Below, piece after piece: positions 53,651 to 64,000 of a DNA stretch of 64,000 bases. Origin of the DNA: Octopus sinensis (Eukaryota); contig NC_043007.1 of the NCBI RefSeq assembly GCF_006345805.1, positions 38,440,001 through 38,504,000 on the forward strand. The letters run 5' to 3'. Position numbers and translations under genes: made by a program. The notes beneath the pieces are model-generated. The model had not been told where the DNA came from. It worked only from the letters and a program-made list of their open reading frames with translations, and did no database searches. Position 1 is the first letter of the stretch; every line of letters begins with the position of its first letter.

Positions 53651-54372
53651 AAAAAATGGACATAATATGATGATACAAAAGGAATGTCTGAAGCCCATCC
53701 CTTGAAGTGACCCAAATAGGATTTGCAATTGGTGTTTCAGAACGTTGACACAAACATCAATTATACAGTACTCCTGCTGCTTACAACAACTTATATCCAT
53801 GTACCTAACTTCATAACTCCTCTTGTATGTGTGTGTGCATGCATATTTATGTATTCATAACATACATATTTAAATAAGTAATTGAACAACCTTTATTTTA
53901 CTTATTGAAAACACAACATTCTACTTTCATTTTGTTTATAAATATTTCCTCCAAGTATTCTGTTCTTCAGAATACTTTGTTGTTGTTCCATTTGTAATAA
54001 TAATCTTCTGAGGTTCAGTGTAAGGTTAACATTCAAGACATACTTCACATTATAATCTGAATGAAAATAATTGCACAGGCAGTTGGGGTTGCTACTAAAA
54101 TTGCTTTTTCATATTTTTATTTCTATTTTTAATTTTCAATACAAGGAGAGAAAGAAAGGAATGCCATAGTTTCTGTTTCTCATTCGTTTAAATTTCCAAA
54201 CTTAAATTTTTCTGACAATTGGCGTCAGGTTGCTGTTTGCAATCAGGATGTGGTCAGGTTGCTAGCATTAGGTTTCAGTTTGTTTTTCTAGGATGTGTTG
54301 TTGTTGAGTTTTTGAGCCATATTTGCTACCAAGATTGATTCTACTACTGTTTTGTATTCTATTATTATTATT

Positions 54373-54820
54373 AAAGGTGGCAAGCTGACAGAATCATTAG
54401 CACGTTGGGCAAAATGCTTAGTGGCATTTCATCTGTCTTTGTGTTCTGAGTTCAAATTCTGCCAAGATTGACTTTGCCTTTCACCCTTTCAGGATCGATA
54501 AATTAAGTACCAGCTGCGTACTGGAGTTGATCTAATTGACTAGCTCCTTCTCTTAAAATTTCAGACCATGTACCTATAGTAGAAAGGATTATTATTATTA
54601 TTAAGGTGGTGAGCAGGCAGAATCGTTAGCATGCTGGATGAAATGCTTAGCGGTATTTCGTCTGTCACTACATTCTGAGTTCAAATTAAACCAAGGTCAA
54701 CTTTGCCTTTCATCCTTTCAGGGTCAATAAATTAAGTACCAGTGAAACACTGGAGTCAATGTAATTGATTAGTCCCCTTTCCACAAATTTTCAGGCCTTG
54801 TGCCTTTAGTAGAGAGGATT
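54373..54820 (+). mobile_element. Two tandem SINE family B copies
   Basis: Two complete cores separated by (ATT)n. Confidence 0.85.
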
Positions 54821-55187
54821 ATTATTATTATTAGATTCAATAATTTTTTTCCATCTGCACTATCAGTTAAAAAATATTTCCTCAAGAACTTAGAATTTTA
54901 GACCATGAATATCTTGAAACACTTGGAACATTAACCTTTTCAGGCCATATTCCTGGTTTACTGAAATAATCAATCTTTATACTTTATTGAATTGACAAAC
55001 CCTATTAAAATCTGGTCAAATTAAGAAAAAACATTGGTCTATCAGAAAAAAAGACAGGTCAGCAGTGCAGATTACATTGTTTATAAATGTCTGCTCAGAG
55101 ACAGTATAATGTTAGGTATTATTTGATCAAATATATCATGATAAATCGAAATCAATTGAAGATGAAAAGTTTAAAGCAGAAGGTAAT

Positions 55188-55382
55188 AACCTTTTCTACT
55201 CTAGGCACAAGGCCCGACATTTTGGGGAAGGGGCCAGTTAATTAGATTGACCCCAGTACGCAACTGGTACTTAATTAATTGACTCCGAAAGGATGAAAGG
55301 CAAAGTCAACCTCAGCAGAATTTGAACTCAGAACGTAATGATGAAATACTGCTAAGCAACGTTTCTGCCAGCTCACCACCTT
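55188..55382 (-). mobile_element. SINE family B
   Basis: Inverted relative to 54373-54820. Confidence 0.8.
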
Positions 55383-58300
55383 GTAGAAGATGATGCAATA
55401 CCAGTATTAAATGAACAGATAGCCAATTCCAGAAAATAACCTCAATCAATTGGGTGTTTTTGTTTAATAATTTTACTGCCAGTCTCTGTTTGTTTTCATT
55501 TCATATGTCCTCAATGAGGAGCTAAGATAAACACCAATTGCCTCCTCCCTCTCAGGGTAATAGGGTTAAAATTTTTAACAAAATATCATCACCATTTAGT
55601 GTCCATTTTCCATGCTGGCATGAGTTGGACATTTTGAGCTACGAAGCTGCAGCTTTGGAGTGGTTTCTATAACTGGGTGTCCTTCTTAATGCAAACCACT
55701 TTACAGTATATACTGGGTGCATTTTTTTGTGACATTAGCGATTGTGAAATCAGCAAATAACTTGCAAGACAAGGAAAAGAAAGGATAAAAGTACCCTTGA
55801 TTGAATGAGTGATGCATTTCAGATGGGAGGAGGTAGCTTTATGCCAATATTGAAGGCTAAAGTATGATAGAAAGACAAGCCCAGCTGTCTTCTTATAGAG
55901 GTAATATATGGCCACCCTACACTGATGATGGGTGGGAGTAAGTGGAAGGCAGATAACGATGGTGGTGATAGGATGCCAGAGCATACTCTCAAGGTACAAG
56001 GTGAGTATACATCACTCAAAGCTATTGAAAGCCTCTACATGCTAGAGACAACAACCAAATTTTTCTGGAATAACCCCTATAGTCTTAAATAAAGCAAGAT
56101 AAAATAGCCAATGAATGTAGTCCCTAGTGTACAAAATGATGAGATGGTCATGACTGAAACATATCTGATCCTAATCTGCTTCATTGGGACTAAATTGGGG
56201 GTTAAATATATCACAGACCCCAGTCAAACATATGTAGACTAAACATCATCTATATGTCTGGCCCTTATTTTGCATACTTTCTCCCCTTACATCTTACTAT
56301 TTTCCTCTATCTTTTGCCAAGTTGTTCTCTTGATAATCATTACAAGTTTAGCAAATCACCCTTACAAAATATTCTTAACATGACACACATTCAAGATGTG
56401 TTCATGTAGTAGGTCACTGTGTTAAACACACTCATGCATGCACACAAACATGCACATGCATGCATGTACACACACACAGATGTAAGCATATACATACACA
56501 ATACATGCACATACATGTTCACACTTTCTGTGACATACATCTTACAATTATCATTGTTCTTGGCTTCTATTCTATACAACTGTTAAATGCCAATGTTTTG
56601 TCGTTGTTGTACTATTGTCCTCATCTTTACCACCACTACAACCACTGTCAAGACAGATACTGTAATGAATTCACAGTTCAGTCAAGCAGAGCACTAAATA
56701 GGTAGTACTCTTGAATCCAGATACTAAACTTGAATGGAAATCAATATATTTTCAAACTTTTCTGAAGCAATAACATAAATAATCCCTAATATAATGAGAT
56801 CAAAAGAAACTGTGTCCCTACTTCAAAGTTTGTGAAGGCACATGGCCTGGTGGTTTGTGTGTTATGTTGACAATCTTTAAGCCATGGGTTCAATTCCTGG
56901 ACCAGGTGGTGTATTATGTCTTTGAGCAAGGCACTTAATTTCACATTTCTTCAATCAACTTAGTTGTAAATGAGTATCAACACAGCTACAGTCAGGAAGT
57001 AGGTTTAACCTTGGGATGGAATAGCACTTCATCCAGGAAGGGGGTCTTTACTCTCAGTTTTATCTAAGCACTATGGAAATTGAGATAGGCTATGCTTGAC
57101 CTAATTAATCTCTAAGTTTGAAAAAAGAGACTTTACAACTATGTTTGAAACTATAGCTATAATTATAATTTCATCACTATCATCACTATCAACGTATTAA
57201 TGTCTACTGTTCCAAGCTTATATTGATCAAATGAGAGTATGTTGAGGCAGAGATCTCCTATGGCGAAATTGCCCTCTGTGTTGCCAAACCCCACTAGTTC
57301 CTGAGTGAGGTAATGATCTCCTAGTCTACTGAACAGCTAACAGCTTGGACATATTCTATGTGGAAAACTGGAAACAAACAACATCGTTTAAGGAGCCTTT
57401 TGTTTACAAAGATCATGCAACATGTCAAGACATGTCAGGAAGACCAGATTATCCTTTCGTGGTGGACTGCAAGATAACAACACCAGTAGGAAGCCATTGT
57501 TTACAAACTGCTGAACATAGGGAAACAAACATACATTTATATTTTATGCATGTGTGTATATGTTTATATGTTGTTTGTCTTCAGCTATTGCTTAACAACT
57601 AGTGATGGTTTGTTATGTCCCTACAACTTAGCAGTTTGGCATAGACCAATAGAATAAGTACCAGAATTAAAAAAAAAAATACTGGGGTCAATTCATTTGA
57701 CTAAGAACCCTTTAAGGTAGTACCCCAGCATAGCTTCAGTTCAATGACTGAAACAAGTAAAAGATAAACACACACATGCACACACTGATAGATTCTTCAG
57801 TTTCCATCTACCAAATCCACTCAAGGCTTTGGCCTGGGGCTATAGTAGAAAGCAAACTTTCCAACCACATAGTTATTAACTGCATCTATAATAAGAGTAA
57901 TAGTAATGATGATGAAGATACAACAATAAATAAACCTTATAATAACTGTCATCATTGTTATAGCTTAATGGTAGAATTGGTAAAGTACTGGACAAAATGC
58001 CATACGAATCCCACTGACATTAGCTTTGCCTTTCATCATCATCCTCATCATCATTCATGGGTTCGATGGGTTTACTGAAGTGGATTGTCTACAACCAGCT
58101 GCCTTTTCTGTTGCCAACCCTCAAGGTCTACAAAGCAATTAAGTACTATGGCTGATTTAATCAACCACATCCAAAACTAAACTAGAATCAAAGGCCAAAT
58201 TACGTAAGATAAGTAATTCTTGGATGTTACCATAATCTATATATAGATTATGGATTGGACGTAGAGTAAGGCTACAAGCAGGGTGGCCATTCTGATTCAG

Positions 58301-58961
58301 AAATGGGTGGAGAGAAAGCTACTCATGAAAAGTTAAGCAGAAGTGGTGAATATACACATTGTTTCCCTTGTATATTACCTTCTGAGGCTCATGTTATGTT
58401 TTACCCAAATTTTCATCTCACCAAATTGGAGCATCTGCTCATTCGCTTAATATAGAAGTGACTTGTTACACTGGTCATGTGGTCCATCTGTTGCCAACAC
58501 CTTTGCACAGAGGGATCAGTATACCTTGGTTAATCATGATTTTGCCTGATGTCTTTCTAGGGTTGATAAAATAGATACCAGTGCAGCACAGGGGATCAAT
58601 TAACTGGAAACCCATCCTCCCAAGTTTGCAGCCTTGTCCCTACATTAGCAATTGTTATTATTAAAACAGTAATGTGGTATAAACAGTAGAACACCAGATT
58701 AAAAGCATGTGATACTTAGCTACAATTGTTTGCATTCTGAGTTCAACTTCTGTGCAATTCAACTTCAGCTTTCACACCTCCAAAGTCAATGGAGTAAAAG
58801 CCAGTCAGGCTGATTAAATCAACTACACCCTCCCACTAAATCTGTGGCCTTCGCCACTATCATCCCGAGATTCCTCATCATTTTACATGTTTTCCATGCT
58901 GGTTTGAAGTGGACAGGCATCAAGGTCTGAGTCACCTAAGTTAAAAACCACTATCAATATT

Positions 58962-59342
58962 TATGGCTGTGTAGTAAGAAGTTCTGGGTTCAACCCACTG
59001 TGTGACATCTTAGGCAGTGTCTTCTACTATAGCCCTGGACCAATCACAGCTTTGTGAGTGGATAAGTTAGACAGAAACTGAAAGAAGACCATCATATAGA
59101 TGTGTGTGTGTGTGTGTGTGTGTGTATGAGCGTATCTTGTGTGAGCGTGTCTGTTTCCTTAACATTTCTTGAAAATAAGTGTTGGTTTGATTACACCCCA
59201 GTAACTTAGCATTTCAGCAAGAAACCAACAGAATAGATACCAGACCTTAAAAAAATAAGTACTGGGGTCGATTCATTCGACTAAAACTCTTTAAGGAAGT
59301 GCCCCAGCATGGCCGCAGTCCATGACTGGAAAATGTAAAAGA
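58962..59342 (+). mobile_element. SINE family A
   Basis: Aligns by eye to 22954-23352. Confidence 0.75.
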
Positions 59343-59854
59343 CAAAACTAAATACTATTTGGTATTTCATTTGTGTCCACCTACTGCTAAATTAAAATTA
59401 TGCCGAGTCAAAAATGTCTTTCATCTCTCAAAGGTCAATAAAATAAATAAATATCAATGAATTATTTAATTAAATACATGTCGCCCTCCCCTTAAAATTT
59501 GAAGCATGCATCAGAATTAATAAATACTGTATGTATATATACATATATTAACCACAATGACATAACTATATCCTTTAAGTCCAAATATTAACAGGTTAGG
59601 GTAGCCATGATTCATAATGGTCATATATGCTGAGTGCTTCATTATAAGAAATCTATTGATTAGTCTAATTGCAAACAGAGGAATCAGAGTAGGTGCTGCC
59701 ATAAATTGATGAGTCAGAGTTGAAAGTTTTTGTGATAAAACTAATAAGCAGTAGTTCATTAGTTAGAGATGAATTCTTCCAGTAGATATGATCAACCAAA
59801 AAAAGGCGCTAAAATACAGCTGGTTTCTGCTTGAAGTCACTGATTGATGAAGAC

Positions 59855-60340
59855 ATCATCATCATCATCATTTAACGTCCGCTTTCCATGCTAGCATGGG
59901 TTGGACGGTTCAACTGGAGTCTGGGGAGCCCGAAGGCTGCACCAGGCCAGTCAGATCTGGCAGTGTTTCTACAGCTGGATGCCCTTCCTAACGCCAACCA
60001 CTCCGAGGGTGTAGTGGGTGATTTTATGTGCCACTGACACAGGTGCCAGACGAGGCTGGCGAACGGCCACGCTCAGATGGTGTTTTTTATGTGCCACCAA
60101 CACAGGTGCCAGACGAGGCTGGCAGACGGCCACGCTCGGATGGTGTTTTTATGTGCCACGGACACAGGTGCCAGATGAGGCTAGCGAACGGCCACAATCG
60201 GATGGTGTTTGTTACGTGCCCACAGCACGGAGGCCAGTCGATGCGGTACTGGCTACGGCCACGTTCGGATGGTTTTCTTGTGTGCCACCGGCACTGGTAC
60301 CCCAAAGATACAAATTCCATTGACGTTAATTTATTTTGAT
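59855..60340 (-). repeat. Dispersed retroposon tail (gatgat-ended) carrying a ~62-bp tandem repeat of 3-4.5 units
   Basis: Head catcatttaacgtccgctttccatgctagcatgg is shared with about 14995, 27720 and 31570. Unit ttttatgtgccac...acacaggtgccagacgaggctggc...acggccacgctcggatggtg occurs at about 60022, 60085 and 60147. Confidence 0.8.
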
Positions 60341-60884
60341 TCGTTTTGATTTTGATCGACCACAAAAAGTAACAGGGCACAACTATTTGACTAGAAGACA
60401 ATATGACTGAGAAGGACAGTATTCCAACACAAGAATAGTTTGTGGACTTGACTGAACAACTATTTTTGATATACTTACAGAATATTTCCCACTTCATATT
60501 ACAGCCATCTTCTATGTATCTGGGCTAGTTAACCGAAAGAAGTACCAGTAATCTGTCAGGATCAAGTCTATCGACCATTTTCCAGCTCAACACAACCACC
60601 CGACAAAAGGTGTGTTAAAACCAGTTGACAGATCAAACCTACCAACTCAGAGACAAGTACGACCAAATCAGCAGACTTCAGCACAGTTTCCATCAACCTA
60701 ACTCCATTTACAAGCCTTGGATGACCCGAGCACATGATACTTCAACAAGGTACTGTGCAATGGGACTACCCAAAAGCCAGGAGGTGGATAGCAGAATCAT
60801 CATACAGCATCAGAGAAAATGCCATGCAACATGCAGACCTTTCTTTGTATTCTGAGTTTTTGTTATTGATACCTGAATAGGAGA

Positions 60885-61255
60885 GAAACTGTATGGTAAG
60901 AAGCCTGCTTCCCAACAACATGGTTCCAGGTTGTCCCACTGTGTAGCATCTTGGACAAATGTCTTCTACTATAGTCTTAGACTGATCAAAGCCATGAGTG
61001 GATTTAGTAGATGGAAACTGAAGGAAGCTTGTGTATGTGTGTGTGTGTCTTTGTATGTGCTTGTCCTCCACCCTCACATACTGTTTGATAGTTGGTGCTG
61101 GTGGGTGAATGTCTTCATAACAGTGGTTTGGCAAAAGTGACCAATGGAATAAGTACCAGTCTTTAAAAAAAATAAATACTGGGATCAATACATTCAACTA
61201 AAAATTCTTCAGCACTGTGGTCGCAGTCTAATGTCTGAAACAAGTAAAATATAAA
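60885..61255 (+). mobile_element. SINE family A
   Basis: Aligns by eye to 22954-23352. Confidence 0.7.
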
Positions 61256-61267
61256 AGCTATATATAT

Positions 61268-61310
<43 letters not shown>

Positions 61311-62097
61311 TACAACCTTAGAAAAGGACACATTGAATAATACAGGCTTGTATTGAGTATCAATAGGCATGTTAGGCCAGAGCTAACTCCAGTTTTTATA
61401 GCTTTTAAATGACTCACACTGCTACCCATTTTCAACTGAGTGGACAGGAATAATGTGAAAATGAGTGACTTGCTCAAGAACACGATGCTGCCTCATCTGA
61501 GAACTGAACCCATGACTTTAACAATTGTCAGCCCAGCACACAAACCACTGTGCCCCATGTGTCTCCACACTGCATTCAGTGTACATTGGGAAATAGATAT
61601 GATGGTCAAGGCTGGAATAGTATTGCTCATAAGCCAGTTTACCCAAGGCTGCTGCACTGAGGCTAAACTATTTCTGTGAGTAAACTAAGGAAAAGACAAA
61701 TGGTAACTTAAATGAAGAAAATTTTGAAAACAACAGGTGAAACCTGGAGTAAAGAGAATTTGTAAAGAGAATAACAACAAAAGGCCTCTGACGAAGCAAT
61801 TCATTGATTAACCAAGTGGTCAGTCAAACAGGTGAGTAGTTGATTGATCATCATCATAATAATAATAATACTAATAATAATAATAGGTACAGTAGAATTA
61901 GCATGCATGCATATTTATTGGAAAAATGACTCTTCACATACAATGTGTTTCAACATGATTTTACATTAAGAATCTCACAAAAGAAAAATCCTACATTTTA
62001 AAAAAAAAAACCCATCCCACCTAAAAAATAATTGAAAAATCCTACAACATTAAAAGACCAAAAAAAAAACCAAAGAAAAAGTGAAAGAGAAGCTTAC

Positions 62098-62220
62098 CCT
62101 TAACTGTGAAATTATTAAGAGGTTCTGTGGCGTCATTCTCAGGTTTCGCCCGAAAACCGAAGAAGGCACCATTTTTCCGTAGAAGGAAATATCGTTTCCT
62201 CCAATTTTTAATATGTTCTC
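62098..62220 (-). CDS. akt: Akt/PKB coding exon, PH domain N-terminal part
   Basis: ttgcag|GA...AAG G|gtaagc, 123 nt, phase 1-1. Translates (G)EHIKNWRKRYFLLRKNGAFFGFRAKPENDATEPLNNFTVK, matching the Akt PH motif GExIKxWRxRYF...PLNNF. Confidence 0.96.
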
Positions 62221-62283
62221 CTGCAATGAAATAAAACAACAGAATTTTCATTTTAAGAATTCAATATTATTAAAGGCTTAAAA

Positions 62284-64000
62284 CAGTGGTTCTCAAACTG
62301 GGGTCCATGGTCCCCTAGGGGACTGCAAAGAGATTTTAGGGGGACCGCAAGGAGACACTGAAGTATTATGAAAACAGGTGGCTTGGGACAGTTAAGTTTT
62401 AAAATTTCAAGACTTTCAATTTTTTGCATGCTATCATCCTTTTTTGTCATTGATCTCAAAACCCATGCCACTCCTACACACTCATTTAAAAAGCCAATGG
62501 AAAATATGCAGGTATAACGGTTGATAGTGCATATGCTGTCAATATTTTACACTCACATGATTAACTACTCCACTATTGCGATCCACACATTTGCCTGTCT
62601 CTTGTTGTTATCCTCACTGTTGCATGTTCCCACATGACCTTGCCAGACACCCACTCTCATCCTGCATGGTGGCTGGGCTTTATAAGGCATAGTTATTTTG
62701 CATTGACAACGTGCTCTGACAGAACTGTCTTCTCAGCAGTTATCAATTCACAGAGGTTTATCTACAGACAAAACAACACTCACATGCACTTTGGATTTCT
62801 TCCAAAATAGTGAGAGGCAAGCTTTATTGTTAACAGAAGCATTATTGGGACTCAAAAAAAGTTTATGTGGAGAAGTTCCATGTGGCTCAAGAGAATTAAG
62901 GAACTCTGTTGGGTAATGGACAGCTTGATTTTCATCAAGGACTGAATCAACTGATTTGTACTGTTGGAAACTTATTCATTAATTCATGGTTAATCTTTGC
63001 TTCTGTCTCACTTTTTGGAGCAAGAATTGCCCTTTCACACAACCATTTATATGAAATATAATTGTTACTTAAGTCTAGAAATACCCTGTTCTTCAATTCA
63101 GCTGGGGAATTCACTGTGATAGCAATATGAGCCAAACTGATATCACCATAATATACATACACTCAGTAACAAATTCCTGTTTTCGAAACCCTCAGCACCA
63201 AAACAACTGCAAGGGAAACATTTAACAAAGTGGACAAATTTTTCGAGGCACATGATATCAACTGGGAGCATGTCATTGGCGTGTGTACTGACGGCGCTGC
63301 AGAGATGCTTGGCTGCTGTTCCAGTTTACACACTTCGGTGAAAGAAAAATCCCCAACTACTATTAGTAAACACTGCATAATTTATCAACAAGCACTAATG
63401 GTGAAAACCATGCCTGATGAGTTAAAAAAATGTTCTGAATTACGTAATTACAGCGGTGAACTTATCAAAGTGAATGCACTCATCTAAAACAAAAAGGCAA
63501 TGATCAAGGCAAGCATGCCTTTGATTAGTTTAATCACAAGTGAGATGGCTTTCAAGAGGAAAAACAATAGAGGGTCTTCCTTCTACAAAAAGGAGTCCAT
63601 GATTTTTTTTACAAGATGCCAAACCAGATTTGTATGCCAAATCCTCTGATGTTTATTTCCTAATCTGCTTGGCATTTTTGCTGGATATATTCAAGTCAGT
63701 GAATGCAGTCAATCTTTCACTGCAAGGGAAAGATATAACCATGTTTCATTCTTGTGAAAAAGTATGAAAAACTAATTACTTTCAAAATGAAGCCTGAACT
63801 TTGGCACCCAAAGTTGGATAGAAAGAACTTTGCATCATTTCTTCAACTTATCATGTTTATTGACGAAAATGAGCTTCAAGTTGATGATAATATCGTTGAA
63901 CTCATGAAACAATACATGTCAATAATTGGCAGAGAAATATTTTCTGTATTTTCCCCGATCATCATGACTTTGACAAATTCTTCCACTTCATCAGGAACCC
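62284..64000 (+). mobile_element. Degraded hAT (Buster/Charlie, ZBED5/SCAND3-like) transposon, running off the window
   Basis: Left TIR cagtggttctcaaactggggtcc after gcttaaaa. Transposase remnants from about 63165: VDKFFEAHDINWEHVIGVCTDGAAEMLG...HCIIYQQAL (CTDGA and HCxxH-like motifs). Confidence 0.85.
62820..63140 (-). mobile_element. Helitron PIF1-family helicase fragment
   Basis: ELKNRVFLDLSNNYISYKWLCERAILAPK...INHELM then [26 protein letters not shown], which are Helitron RepHel helicase motifs. Confidence 0.85.

Noticed and set aside
60018-60339. Repeats with apparent spacers (CRISPR-like appearance)
   Set aside because: The units are contiguous ~62-bp tandem repeats without unique spacers, in a eukaryotic retroposon context with no cas genes.

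Overview
AT-rich animal genomic DNA. The SINE families and microsatellite density look like an octopod cephalopod (Octopus-like); this is recalled resemblance, not a search result. The window holds the middle of one minus-strand gene, an Akt/PKB kinase. Seven GT-AG coding exons with consistent phases (851 nt) run from the PH domain to the activation loop; the first coding exon and the 3' exons lie outside the window. A 39.5-kb phase-0 intron (7402-46905) sits exactly between the PH/linker exon and the kinase domain. It contains several frame-preserving microexon candidates, a candidate alternative first exon that would give a PH-less Akt, and candidate stop-containing exons; all are unverified predictions. 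The rest is transposon debris: three SINE families, RTE and CR1-type LINE remnants, Penelope-like remnants with degenerate hammerhead motifs, non-autonomous Helitrons, hAT/mariner/piggyBac MITEs, a Gypsy fragment, an internally inverted mariner and a hAT containing a Helitron helicase fragment. Nearly all other ORFs in the track are spurious. Repeat boundaries are approximate unless TSDs or TIRs are quoted.
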